From: Octopus vulgaris
Lineage: Eukaryota
Direction of reading: 5' to 3'
NCBI GenBank assembly: GCA_951406725.2
Contig: OX597826.1
Span: forward strand, 37,262,001-37,326,000
Length of the DNA stretch: 64,000 bases
The notes under the pieces: generated by a model
Told to the model about the DNA's origin: nothing
The model's input: only the letters and a program-made list of their open reading frames with translations
Database searches by the model: none
Program-made: the position numbers and the translations under genes
In this document: piece by piece, positions 38,368 through 52,125 of the stretch
Layout: each line of letters begins with the position of its first letter
Position numbering within the stretch: position 1 is the first letter of the stretch

Positions 38368-40742
38368 GTATATATATATAAAGGTTGTTATATTAGACGA
38401 ATGTGTGGAATGTGTGCAAGACATTTCCTGTATTTGTGTGTGTATCCATTTAAATAAAATTCTTCAAAAAACTTTCATCTAGATATTTATTACTTTCTGA
38501 TGGAAATAATATTTTGCCTGAGTGATTTACTATTTAAAAGAGATAAACTTCATTTGTACCTAATATATTTAAATTGTGATGTTGACAGTTTTTTTTTTAA
38601 GAAAAAATCAAATTATTTCTTTAACATTCTCCCACCTAATTTTGTCTGTATGTTTATTTTCACAAAGTGTTAATCTACACATCCAATCTAATCTCTGAAC
38701 AAACATTAAATAGTAAGTATGAAAGTTCACATTCAACTTTAGTCTCTTTTTATAAAGAAAATTCGATTAAATAATTTCCTTGTAATAAAGTGTCGCTGTC
38801 TGAACAAAATAATATGAAAAACATATAAGGAAAAAAACTGTTTCTTTAAATTTGATGTTTCTAAAAAGAAATCTTTCAATTAAATAAAAAAATAATTTAC
38901 ACTTCTTGGTCAGATGAAGTTGAAAATATTTTTATAGAAAACGTTACTATTTTTTAAAAAATATCTGCAGACATTTAGAAAATATTTTCTTATTAAACAT
39001 TACACAATTCTATTGTCTCAGAGGATCAGAATTATTTTGTTTTCGAGTTTTAATCTAAGACATTTCATATATTTAATTTTGATGAATTCAGAAGTTTTAT
39101 TCAGTGAGCAATTAGTTACTTATAGTTTGTGCGATATAACTAGCTGTATGTCTACTAGCAAGATTCAGCAGTACAAACTGGTGTCTCCGTTTCTCGTAGC
39201 AACAAGCAGTAGAGGGACCCTTGGCCAACTAACAGTTGCAATTACCTTTTGTATAATAGTGGTGGAGCAGTAAAATTCCGCACAACAAACAAATGGATCA
39301 ATTCTCAGCAAATAATGCTTTTGAGTCCAGTAACTGTTTCGATAATCTCATTTGATCAGTGTTTCGATACACTGTGTTATATATTTGTCACATTTGTCAC
39401 GTCATATATTTGTTTGTACTATGCACAACAGTTGTGTCTGTAGCATTCTCCCTCAACTTCACAATATATATTATTACATTCCCTGCATTATTACATTCCA
39501 ATTGACTGGAGTTTAACTAGGCAGGTCTCTTAAGAGAGAAATACGTCCGTTGATTTCACTAATACTCCTTAAAAATAGATAATTCCAATATATATTGGTT
39601 AAACTGATCTTATTGAAGTTATCTTTTCTTATTGAATTTCTTATTTTTTTTAAACATGTCCAGGTGATGCCTTTCTTTTACCAAACGCAAAGATGACCTT
39701 CGCCAATCCCAGATTTTATCGTATTTTCGTTAAGTTTACTAGAACGACTTTCTGAGATTATTGCTGTTATTTCACATTACCTACTTATAGATGGATGTCA
39801 TATCATGTAAGGAGAACTAGGTGGACTCAACCACAATTACATATCCTGCACAGTTTTAGATGTAGCATCAATGGTAGAGTATTACCCCTTGGATCTTATA
39901 TGCTTTTTGATGCACAACTAACAGGAAACACCAAAACGCACATATTCATACTTAGATCGAAATGAACTTAATATTAAATTCTCTGCTATACACATCCAGT
40001 TATACAAAAACTTTAGATTGAATTTATTCTTCCTTTCACTGAAATTCTCCATGCTACTCTACTTCGATATTTCAAGGCTACTCGAAAGTATGATATTAAT
40101 AACGAGACCTACCCTTAATTACATCACGTGAAATATTAGTTTAAAATTTTTGACACAAGGCCAGCAACATCAAGAGAGGGCCGTAAGCTGATTATATTGA
40201 ATCCAGCGCTCAACTGGTACTCATCCACGTAGTTCTCTATACTGGTATTGGTCTAAAAGTGGACGTTTAAAGAGATGGCTTTTCATGGGCGCTAGTAATA
40301 TATACAGTTATGGGCCCTGTCACTGTTTTTGCCAAGGTAAAAACAGTGCATGTTCTGTCCATAAAGCGAAAAAGTGAGTGATAGTTAAGTCAAGACTACA
40401 ATTGAAGAAATTCGTAATTAAATATTAATGCCAGTATCGATAAGTAAGCAAAGAATAGTTCATTCTATGTGCTAAATATGTGATTAATTGCAATCGGTTA
40501 ATTACTGTAGTTGAGCCGAATGTGTTATTCAGAAAGAACAATTGACTTTATATTATAATTCATATCAACATCGATGCATGATACCGTAAAACATTCCCTG
40601 AAACATTATATAATTCTTGTTCCATAGTGCAGATTTTAATTAAATAAATATATAGGAAAAAAATTCATTTTCCTGTTTTCTGTGGGGACTAGATTTCGTG
40701 AGAAACGAATTAAACACCTTAGTAAAGTAACCCAGCTTCTCA

Positions 40743-40859
40743 TCAAAGTACACTTTTTCCTGTTGCTGCTGCTGCTGCTGCTGCTGTGGAGCCAACTTTA
40801 CTGAATACGTCATGAGCCAGTGCATCATTCTCACATGTTTCATTGTTAAATGTCTTCGA
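40743..40859 (-). CDS. Candidate terminal coding exon (SKTFNNETCENDALAHDVFSKVGSTAAAAAAATGKSVL*)
   Basis: Long pyrimidine tract ending cttttag on -, 38 codons then TGA, followed by ~2.3 kb of microsatellite-free AT-rich sequence. Confidence 0.3.
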   Translation of the reverse strand, partial: SKTFNNETCENDALAHDVFSKVGSTAAAAAAATGKSVL

Positions 40860-41892
40860 CTAAAAGAACGTGAGAATAGAATAATAATAATAGGAAAATA
40901 AGAAGCAGAAAGGTAATTATGCTTCGCATTTGTCTGATGGAAAGTATTGTATTGTTTCATTTGACAGTGGAACTTTTGGCACTCATTTTCATTATGATCT
41001 AAGGAAATTCCTCTCAATCTATTCTAACTGCAGATTCACGCTTCATTGGCTTTCACTGAATTCACTTTATTATTCATACTGAGAGATATTCTTCATCCTG
41101 TTTAATTGGTTATTACTACTTTACATTATATCTTACTGAACAACACATTGTCTGCTTAATATTGTGTTGGTGTGATTACGTTCATGTGTCTATGTATGTA
41201 TCTCTCGTACACACACACACACACACACACACTCAGTACAGCAATCCTCATTCTCTAATATCACATTTTATTTTCCCCCATGTGCCTCGTGAATAAACAC
41301 TCTCTCACGAAAACATTTTCTCAGGTTCATTCACACATTCTGTCTGTCTCTCTGTGTGTCTGCCTGCTATCTCAGATGCAAATATTCTCTCACAGACATC
41401 TATCCTAACACTCTCATCCATATTCTTTAAGTCTACTTTCGTTTTTTTAGTCAGTGTATACCATACAAAAGCATATACACACCTGTACGCACACATGTAC
41501 ATACATCCACAGAAATGCAGTTACGAAAGCAGTGGAACACACAGACTCATACACAAACACACACGCAAGCACACATACACACACACTTACATATCCGTGT
41601 GTGTGTGTGTGTATACATATATACATACCGTAGCACACACCTGTATTGGCTGACATTATCTCACACACTCTCACTGTTTTCTTTCAACCGTGCTACAATA
41701 CAATATCTGAGCTGAAAAAGCTGTAAAGAATGCCTAATTAGAATTACTAAAAATATGAGTCTGAAAGGCCTTTAATTCACCAGAGAAGAATACATGATAA
41801 AGCAATTATCAAGTCAATAATATTAACAATAATTAAAACACCACCGACACAACCGACAATACCACCACAACCACAACAACTACAACTTACAA

Positions 41893-41899
41893 ATAATAA

Positions 41900-41936
<37 letters not shown>

Positions 41937-42060
41937 GGTGGTGGTGGTGGTGGTGGTGGTGGTGATAATGGTGGTGGTGATGGTGGTAGTGGTAGTGGTG
42001 GTGGTGGTGGTGGTAGTAGTGGTAGTAGCAGTAGTAGTAGTAGTAGTAGTAGAGGGATGA
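41893..42060. repeat. (TAG)n/(TGG)n compound trinucleotide tract
   Basis: Directly visible. Confidence 0.95.
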
Positions 42061-42506
42061 TGGTGACAATGGTCGTGGCGGTGATATTTCACCTTTACGT
42101 CTTCTAAATACCACTGCGACGACTATGATAATAATTATGATAATAAAATATAAATAAATCGTGTGTGTGTGTGCGTGCGTAAGTGGTGGGGGTGGTTAGA
42201 TGTTTCTAGCAAGACAAACAACCAAAGAAAAAAAGACGTTGATGATACCAATTTCAATTGTCCAGCAGTGTGGGTAATTTTTAAGATTAATCCGAGGAAT
42301 TTGATAAAGAAAAACATAAAATAATAAAATACTTCAGAATTCTTTTTGAGTCTGTGGCCATGAAATTGCTATATTTCGAGCTTCGTATTCCATTGAAAAT
42401 AAATAATGAAATTCCATGTTTTGTTCAGAGAAAAAAAAGTTCTGTGGCATAATTCTATACCATCGCTTGTGCACATATACTCACACACATACGTACACAC
42501 ACACAT

Positions 42507-42573
<67 letters not shown>

Positions 42574-42689
42574 CATACAGCTAGAACAATGCTATATGCA
42601 CATTCCCTCAAACCTAAACACATATTATATATATATGTGTGTGTGTGCGTGTAAGTGCATGTGTGTATAAGTGTATATGCACGTATTTA

Positions 42690-42756
<67 letters not shown>

Positions 42757-42972
42757 TATACATATGCACTTATATATATATATATATCTGTACGTGTGTG
42801 TGTGAGTGTGTATAACTGTATATGTGTATTTAAATATTCATATATGCACATCAGAATGGTAAAGATGTGTACAGCTGTATATGAGTGTATACGTCTCCCT
42901 GTGTGTATCTATTTATGTGGTTCTGTTGGTGAGTCTTTTCGATTCAGAAATGTAATAAGCGAACGCCACGCA

Positions 42973-43016
<44 letters not shown>

Positions 43017-44613
43017 CCGTATATTATGTGTGAGTAGCAAACAAGATCGTCTGTCAAATGATATATTCACTAATGTTCACTTGGATGCATCCTCTATCTT
43101 TCAGCTAAAGATAAATTTCAGTAGATTAAGAACTGCTCTGAAATATTATTACATAAGTGACAAATAGCTTCTCGTGTGTAATTCATAGCTACAATCAAAT
43201 TACGGTCGTAAATGAACTTATTCCCTAAACAGAGTGATCAATGTTTGTTGAATTGTGCTCAGCTGAATGCTGGGTATCGGCATGAAACTTGCAATAAATC
43301 TATTTACATGACCATTGTTGCTTCGATGGCCTTGTAATTGTATTCAAAGAAATATACTGCTTTAACTGCCTTGTCACAGCTTGGTAACTCAAAAGGCATT
43401 TACAGTTTGGGGCAATGTAGATATTCTCGTACAGCAAACGCAGCATAGTTCCTGAGATAGTCACTGAAGCAGATAATCATGGGTAGGTTGGTAGTGTTGG
43501 ATGAGATGCCATCCATAGTGAAGGAAGATAGATTCATATTTTCAACGGTATAAACCTATGAATACTTTGGTATGGATTATGGAAATGTCAGGAATGCCAA
43601 AGAAATTGAGTTAGCCATATGTAGCGAAAACATAGTACATATTTTCAAATGTGTTAGCTCCAATGAATATTCAGCCATTTTCAAAGTCTATTCAAGTAAA
43701 TAACATACGCAAAACATAAAACATTTTCAACAAATATTTTCACGGAATCTAGATGATATGTCGATGTCGACACACCGATAGCCACGGATTGTTCATATTG
43801 GCATGTGAAGCCCTCATAGAAACACTTTGAAAAGCATGCAGCCCAGCCCTTTGAATCATTGGTTATACAAAATAAATTCTGATTCCCTAACCGGAAATTG
43901 TTGGTGAGAGGGATGCTAATACATACACATATGCATGCATATACATACATGCATCCATACACACACAAACACAAATATCAGTAAACTTTTAGGCACACTG
44001 ATTTGCATAATTTTCTGGCATATCAAGGAGGTAACTTAACATGCTGTAATATATTTGTGTGTGTGTGTATGTGTGTGTATGTGTGTGTGCATATATTTGT
44101 ATATGAGTGTCTATTTTGTAGGTATGGGGCTGTGTACATATGTATATGTGTGTGTATGTGTAAGTGTCTATGTATGTACATATAGATGAGTATTGACAGA
44201 ATCGTTAGAAACGACGGATACATTGATTTCCCCTTTTCTTTTGGTTCTCTGCTTTTCGGGTTCAAATGCAACCTTGTCGTTTATATTTTTCGGCGAATAA
44301 ATGTCAGTCCGCACTAAACTCAAATTTTACCCCACTTCTATTTCTCTCCCCGTCTGTCTCTTTCTCTTTCTCTCCCTCCGTTTCTCACTCTCTTACTATC
44401 TCTTTTTCTCTCTTTCTCTCTCCCTCTATCTCTCTCTCCCTTTATCTCTCTCTCCCTCTCTCTGCTTTGTTCTCCCACTCTCTGGAATGTATCGATTCGG
44501 TTACAACCTGGAGAGACATGATCTCCGCCAGAATTCATGATTTTGCTACGCCGTTTGTCGTGACATTTCTCCTACGAATTGTGGGCTCATCAATAGAACT
44601 AAAAGTGTGTACA

Positions 44614-44657
<44 letters not shown>

Positions 44658-44661
<4 letters not shown>

Positions 44662-44896
44662 AAAGAAGGTTTGAAAATGCAATTTTGAAGATGTTTATTC
44701 ACTTGACCGGCTTCACTTTTTTAGAAAAAGATTGTCAAAAGTAAAATGTAAAGCTTTGTACAAGCTTTGTTGTGTTAAGTACTGTTACAAAACTTATACA
44801 AAGCTTTACATTTTACTTTTGACAATTTTTCTAAAAAGTGAAGCCGGTCAAGTGAATAAACATCTTTAAAATTACATTTTCACACCTTCTTTCATA
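44658..44896. repeat. ~240-bp near-perfect palindrome (arms 44658-44770 and 44787-44896)
   Basis: TATGAAAGAAGG...TTCACTTGACCGGCTTCACTTTTT...AAAGCTTTGT mirrored by ACAAAGCTTT...AAAAAGTGAAGCCGGTCAAGTGAA...CCTTCTTTCATA. Confidence 0.95.
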
Positions 44897-45559
44897 TATA
44901 TTTTCATTCGTGCGGTACCTTACAATTTTACCTATAGTCAAATGTACTTATAGTCAAATATAATTTGTATTCCGATTTTGTTTTCAGATTTTATAAATAT
45001 GGACATACAATCACCCACACATGCACACACGAGCACACACACGCACACACATGAGTACACACTTACATATGTATATCTATTTCTGACCGTGTTCATACGT
45101 GTGTTAAGGAATTTTCACAAAGGAACAACAATATATGACTTAAGGGATCTTCTGAGACACAAGGACGGAATCATACTTGGGTTTTCATTGGGATATTAGG
45201 GTGTGTAATAATATAGACAATCTAATTCCTGACTGACATTGCTCTTTGGAATTATTGCAGCAATGAAGGGAATAGCATGAAATATCTCATCATAAATATG
45301 GCCGAGATACATGAGCGATAGACCAAAGATAACTGTAACAAAATCACCTTAAAGAAGCTTGAAAAGAAAATAGTTACAACGTTATTGGAATGCTTACAAT
45401 AGTTTGCAATTCTGTGAGGTAACTGAAAGGAAACCAAAAGAACAAGAAATATAAAATGGTAGCCATAAGAGCAAGTATTTTCCTTAGAACCATCCTTGAC
45501 ACACAGGCAGGAGCAACGCTGTAGGATAGCACAGAACGCTTCGTAATATTCTATCTGCG

Positions 45560-46160
45560 GGATTATTTATATTATATTAAAATAGCGAGCAATTTGGAAA
45601 GACATCTGATGCTTCGGAATGAGACACTGACATCACGGGAAGGTGAAAGGGTAAAGCAAAAGTAGTCAGGAAAATATAAATGGCCCAGATTAGAGCAAAT
45701 GCCAAACAGAGTTTCCAAGAAGAAAAGAAGCCAGTTCTTTAGTAGCGAGTTCTTCCTCTCTAAATCACCTGTAAAATGTATACAAGAAGATTATTTGAAT
45801 GTATAGCCGCACCGTAAATCCTCTGTTATTTTACATATGAACATAACCAGATAACGACCAATAAAGTAACGAACAATATTCACAACCGGAATTTCTTCAC
45901 TGGCTTCAGTGATATGTTAACTGTCAAAAATCTTGTCTTGATCATTTTATTTACAAACCATAAAACGAAAACAGACTGTCACAAAGCGAACTCTGTTCAT
46001 GCTCGGTCATCTATCGCTAAACAATCTTATGAATCTACCTAGCATCTTAAAAAAGGGGCAGCTAGTTGGCCTGTAGAGATGTTCGATGGGCTCCCATTCC
46101 TGGGAGAATTAAGACGATGAGTTTGAGAAAGCAGAATTAGTGTCATCAACACAGGTGGTG
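45560..46160 (-). pseudogene. Possible very old CR1/Zenon-like RT C-terminal remnant
   Basis: Scattered, correctly ordered motifs: TCVDDT (YADD), FKMLG, GAAIHSNNL, GICS. Many indels. Confidence 0.25.
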
Positions 46161-46177
46161 TATATATATATATATAG

Positions 46178-46330
46178 GTAGAGTTTACGAAAAAAACAAA
46201 AGACGAAGACAGGTATAACGCTCAGGAATAGAAAAAAAGTATTTTACGTTTCGTGCCTACGCTCTTCTACAGAAAGGGACACAGAAAAAAACAAGGAGAG
46301 AAAAAAAGGAGAGAAAAAAGGGGAGGAAAA
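46178..46330 (-). mobile_element. Family D element, copy with an internal deletion
   Basis: GAGTTTACGAAAAAAACAAAAGACGAAGACAGG...TTTTACGTTTCGTGCCTACGCTCTTCTACAGAAAGGGACACAG. Confidence 0.88.
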
Positions 46331-46365
<35 letters not shown>

Positions 46366-46842
46366 TTGCTGCTGTATGTTATGCTTGCTGTTATTCTGTC
46401 CATGCAGAAAATGTTTTATTCACATCTAAGGCAGGTAGATATATCCTGATGTACGAACATACCAATGCACTAGTGTAATGATATTTGAATGCACAGTAAC
46501 TGGTAACAGGTTGTTTTTCGCAAGCAAGACAAAAAAAAAAGAAAGAAAAAAGGACAGAAGAGTGTAAACAAAATAATATGGAAACCGAGACTTCTAAATG
46601 CTTCCGAAATTGTAAACCATGCATTGGCCATTCTTAAGTAACATCACTGCAGTTCGAAATCGGTGTGATGGTCACGAGACAACTAATGAAAAGAAAGCTT
46701 TTCGCATAGCAAGCAATTTGTTATTTAATTTTATGTATGTATGTACGTCTGTATATATGTACGTATATGTGTGTGTGTGTCTGTGAGCGTGTGTGTGTCT
46801 GTGCATGTGTGTGTGTCTGTGTCTGTGAGTATGTGTGTGTGT

Positions 46843-47210
46843 TATCTTTGAGTTCTATTTAAGTTCCTCGCAAGAGACTTCACACCGGTTGCTAGCTCCC
46901 GGTGTTTCAATGTGAAACGTCTTACAAATCTTCATTGTGCTGCTAATAGAATCCACGTCAGTTTCTTTAGCTCTTTCTTCGTAAAACCTGCTGTTTCTAA
47001 GTCTTTATGCAAATTTGAAAGTACATGGTCTAAAGCACCTATCATGATAGATTAAAATGAGAATTTATAGTTAGAGTACGAAAGGTATAAGTTCCGCGTT
47101 AATTAACCATAAATCTTTGCTTTTCGCTGGACTTCTGATGGTACATTCCCATCCTAGGGCAGCTGACCTCTACAGCAGTTCATGGCATTAGTATCACCTG
47201 TGTTATATTA
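46843..47210 (-). pseudogene. 3' end of an RLE-type non-LTR retrotransposon (nuclease C-terminus plus short 3' UTR) abutting (CA)n
   Basis: Minus strand: AVEVSCP-DGNV...KAKIYG*LTRNL..YSNYKFSF*SIMIGALDHV...AGFTKKELKKL...SISSTMKICKTF, typical of restriction-like endonuclease C-termini. Confidence 0.75.
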
Positions 47211-47290
47211 GTTCCGAGTTGCTGTTATTATTAGAGGGTTCTCCCTGTATTCCTAGTTGCTAAAAGTGTGAATACATGCATGTATGTATA

Positions 47291-47663
47291 TATTCTTTTA
47301 TTTGTTTGACTGCGGCCATGCCGGAGCACCGCCTTTAGTCGAGCAAATCGGCCCCAGGACGTATTCTTTGTAAGCCTAGTACTTATTCTATCATTCTCTT
47401 TTGCCGAACCGCTAAGTAACGGGGACGTAAACACATCAGCAAATTTTGGCAAGCGATGCTGGGGGAACAAAAACAAATACACGAACATATATATATATAC
47501 GAAGGGCTTCTTTAAGCTTCCGTCTACCAAATCTACTCACAAGGGTTTGGTCGGTCCGAGGAAATAGTAAAAGACACATGCCCAAGGTGCCACGCAATGG
47601 GACTGAAGCCGGAACGATGTGGCTTTTATGCAAGCTACTTACCGCACAGACACTCCTGCACCT
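47291..47663 (-). mobile_element. Full-length SINE family A copy
   Basis: Colinear with 16206-16615. Confidence 0.92.
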
Positions 47664-47673
47664 ATGTATATTC

Positions 47674-47713
<40 letters not shown>

Positions 47714-48491
47714 GCAAACATATGTGTATGTATAGGCATATAAAAATACTCATACATACGCACACACACATACACACGCACGCAAACACACATATACATG
47801 TGTATATATATGTGTGTGTGTATGTATGTATGCATGTGTATAAAGAGACATAGTGATTCAGACAGAGAGAGGCAGTGTGGTAGTGACAGACAGACTGGCG
47901 GACAGACGCGTATATAACTTGTCTTATTAAGAAATAGTGTAAGTTTATTAATAAGTTACATGTTTTAAATTCTACATATACGTCTATTAATATTTCTTCG
48001 TTTCGTAATATTTAGCTTTTCATAATTTCTCTTCTTCACAGAATTTCATTTCCGCGTTTATAATGGATCTTAATCGACTTTTGCAATCTTTAATTAATTC
48101 TATCAAACTTAATTATCTGCTATGTCAGTAAGCAAGACAAATTTCATCTACATTATAACTAGAGTTTATTAAATATTTCCCCTAGAGAGGATTAAAATAA
48201 TCGAAATCCATGGCAGGTAAACCGATCACAGCATATCAAAGGAAATTTAATACAAATATTTGCGCCAACCCCACCATTGTTATTTAGAAAGAAGATTGAT
48301 GAGAAAAATTGTTAAATTATAAATTTATGGCTTGTTGTTTTAGGTGTGTTTTTACTAAAGATCAGACAAATACGCTTGAGTCATGATTGAAATTGTTCAT
48401 ATCTTTAATATTTTTTTGTTTATTCAATAATTTATACAAATACATAGTTACATTCGCGTAAACACGCAGCCAAATGTTCACACATACATAA

Positions 48492-48533
<42 letters not shown>

Positions 48534-48839
48534 ACGCACACAGAAATTTATCAACGCACACAGAAATTTACACGGAACGAGACACACGCATGTTCATCTC
48601 TAGTGGTTAAATTCATTACAGTAAAGCAATTAAACCCACATTTTTAAAGCACATTTTTCGTAAACATAGGCAAGTCTGCGTATTTGTAGTGTAGAGATAA
48701 ACACGATGTGCCTGACAAGTAAATATAAACTCTCAACACATAACAATTAGAGGATTTGTAAAAGGGAGTTTGTGCTAGGGATGGGGTTACGTTATAAAAT
48801 ATTGCTGTACATAACTCGCTACCAATGAATATGATTAAA

Positions 48840-49000
48840 GGTGCACAAGGTCGTGAGGTGTGGGCAGAGGCTGGATCATTTCACACCTTAAGTCGGTGTT
48901 AAGCAGGATGTCCTCTCACCTCTACTTCGTTGTGTAATTTTGTGAATGTAATATTTGCGGCATCATTAGCTTAGCATACGTTGCTACTTCTGAAGAGAGA
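48840..49000 (+). pseudogene. Non-LTR RT remnant (domains 4-5)
   Basis: GGTGTTAAGCAGGATGTCCTCTCACCTCTACTT resembles GVKQGCPLSPLL, followed by LAY (LAYADD-like). Confidence 0.35.
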
Positions 49001-49852
49001 AAGAATGTTTCGCAGCTTTCAATTTCTGTGTATGTGATAGCGAGATAGGCAGTTTGTTGTTTGGCAGCAATTTGAAGCAAACAGGTATCAATATTTTGGC
49101 TGTTGTTAAGGAGCGGTGGTATTGTGCAATCCTCGTCTTCTAATGAAATCGCAGGGACGCCGTTGCAACGCACGGAGTCAGGAATGAACAGAACAAGAGG
49201 AAAAAAGAAGGGGAGAAATAGAGAGAGAGGATGAAAGGCAGGAAAACAAGACAGAGATCAAAATATCGACACAAATACTCGACAGATGCATGACTTTTCA
49301 ACCGTGAAAAGAAGAAACAAAAAGTTGTCTTTAGCGATATTTGAACCTGGAGTATAGGAATTGGATCAAGTCTCACAATGCATTTTATCCGACATTCTAA
49401 TAACTCTACCAATCGACCATCGAGAACAGGAACGTCAAATAGTAAGAAAGGATTATAGGTTCAAAGCCATTTCAGGAACTGTGCATTCTTCTTCTCCACA
49501 CAAGGTGCTGAAATGTTCCTCCCCTTTGTAGCTTTTATTGTTTAGAGAGTTTAATTAAGTGTCAATTAATAAGCGGATCGTAACAGCATCTCTCCTGCGT
49601 TTGCATGTTCTCTACGTAATCCAATGTGCTATCGCGCAGTCGGCAGTGGAAATGTTGAGAACGTGTCGATTGTGGTTGTGTGCAAAATATAGAGGAACAT
49701 CGTTGAGGTGAGTTACAATTACTTAGTTTTCTCAAATGGTTCAGGAGTACAGAAAATCCATAACCAAGTATATTAAGAAAAGAAGTCGCACAACTCTCGA
49801 TGATTTTAAATTACATATTAAATAGATCGTTTGAAAAACTTTGCTCTGATAG

Positions 49853-50029
49853 TTTTATCCTTTATATTTTACTTCGTTCAGTCATTAGACCGCGGCCATG
49901 CTGTTGCACCGCCTCGAAATATTTTCAACCGAATGAATTGACTCCAATACTTATTAAAGCCTGGTATTTATTCTATCAACCTATTTTACCGAACCTCTAA
50001 GTTACAGGGACGTAAATACACAAACACAA

Positions 50030-50113
<84 letters not shown>

Positions 50114-50210
50114 CTTTCCGTTTCCGTCTACCAAATCTGCTCTCAGCGCTTTGGTCGACCTGAGGTTATAGCAGAAGACACTTGCTCGATGGGTCAGGCA
50201 TTGATACTGA
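49853..50210 (-). mobile_element. SINE family A copy with a (TA)n(GA)n internal tract
   Basis: CGCGGCCATGCTG...CTTCTTTCCGTTTCCGTCTACCAAATC...GCAGAAGACACTTGC. Confidence 0.85.
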
Positions 50211-51739
50211 CAACGTGAAATACTTTGACCATAGAAACAGAGAGCCGTGCGGTAATCCTACACATCGTCTACTTAATGTACAATGAACATATTAACCTAT
50301 GCACCAGTAGCAAAATGTAATGCGACTGTAGTAAAGTGATACAAAGAAAAATGGAATTTGAAGTTTGCAAAAAATGTCTGCAGTAATGATAATGAATATA
50401 CTGGTGACACGAAAGCGAAGTAGTCGTTGGTTAGAGATCTAATGTCATTTTAATGTTTATGGAACAATTTTCTAAGAAAGGTAATTTCACAAAATGACTT
50501 AGGTTATAAATAACAGAGTTTTATTCAAAGTGGTACAACTAATAACTCTGAACGAAAACACACAGAGAAAATAAGTAAAAATAGGTCATTTCTTATGTAT
50601 GCAACAACGAAGCTACCTCTTTCAGTGCATCTTTGTATAAAAGCGATGCTTTTAAGGAAATGTGTTTACAATTATATTTATGTAGGGTATACTTGCTAAT
50701 AAGTTCTCAACACGTAAAGAATGGAACAAGCCAGACAATTCTATCCTCTGGAGTATTTCAATAAATTCCCTCGATGTTATCATGTATTTGGCCTACGGAT
50801 ATGGCCTAATGATCCTGCTTAATTCCTTTGCCTGTTTGTAAATGGAAATGTGTTAGTGATATATAGGTTTTATACCGAAGAGAGAGAAAAAGAAAAGAGT
50901 TATGACATTTTAACATTTACATATATGGAAATATATAATAATTATCTTTTTATTCTAGTATTTACATCCAGCTTTGCTCGGGGTGGGGTGGGGCGGAAGT
51001 GGCAATCGATCGTGTCTATGACAATTCATAGCTGTTCCTCTAGACTGTCTTTGTCGTGATAGGAGAGGCCCCTAAATCTCAATATATAGCTATTTACAAC
51101 TTTAAACAGTTATACAGCTATTATTATAGCTGTACTATGCTGCCAAAAATAAACTAAAATTCTTTTATAAATGACAAACTGATTTAACCAACCATCGTCG
51201 AGAGTAGAAAGGACATAGAATGTTCTGAAAATCTTGAATAGATAGATGAATTACTATTCATATATCTACCATGTGTTTCTGCTGTAGCATTGAGAACGAA
51301 AATAATACCCAGTAATTTTAGTAACGTTAATCCAAAACTCCACTTCAACAGCACTCATTTACGTCAACAATATTCATTTACCTGATGCACGTAAATATTA
51401 TTCAATTATATATAATATCATGTATTTCAATAAAATCTCCAATTTTTAAAATTTGAAGAACGATCCACTGGATGCTAAATAAAAAAAAAACAAAGATGAG
51501 CTTTAACGTAATTATTTATGGTTTATCTGGTGGCCTTTGTGGAGCACAACTACCTAATACTATCTATAGCAACACAGCCTCAAACTTGCTTCTTTTCAAA
51601 GATGCCTATATTAGTTTTATGCTTTTATTTTGAAACTTGCAACCTATGAATCTATATAAATGGGTATTTCATTTTCTTTTGTCATTGATACATGAATGAT
51701 ACTCTATGATGTGTCAGTATAGATACTATAAACTGTAAA

Positions 51740-52125
51740 GTGGAGGCGCAATGGCCCAGTGGTTAGGGCAACGGACTCACGGTCGTAGGATCACGGTTTC
51801 GATTTCCAGACCGGGCATTGTGAGTGTTTATTGAGCGAAAGCACCTAAAGCTCTACGAGGGTCCGGCAGGGATGGTGGTGATCCCTGCTGTACTCTTTCA
51901 CCACGACTTTCTCTCACTCTTACTTCCTGTTTCTGTTGTACCTGTATTTCAAAGGGCCGGCCTTGTCACTCTCTGTGTCACGCTGAATATCCCCGAGAAC
52001 TACGTTAAGCGTACACGTGTCTGTGGAGTGCTCAGCCACTTACACGTTAATTTTACGAGCAGGCTGTTCCGTTGATCGGATCAACCGGAACCCTCGTCGA
52101 GGTAACCGACGGAGTGCTTCCATCC
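51740..52125 (+). mobile_element. Full-length SINE family B with 12-bp TSD
   Basis: Near-identical to 15057-15451. TSD ATAAACTGTAAA at 51728-51739 and 52126-52137. Confidence 0.93.

Noticed and set aside
40640-41017. 125-aa polyQ ORF as a single-exon gene
   Set aside because: Starts at TTG and runs through an intron-like pyrimidine tract; only the splice-bounded part is kept as a candidate.
43380-43900. GRLVVLD motif suggesting an L1-type APE domain
   Set aside because: Single motif; too degraded to call.
51400-51500. Strong-looking - strand acceptor and donor pair
   Set aside because: Stops in all three frames; cannot be supported as a coding exon, and such signals arise by chance in AT-rich DNA.
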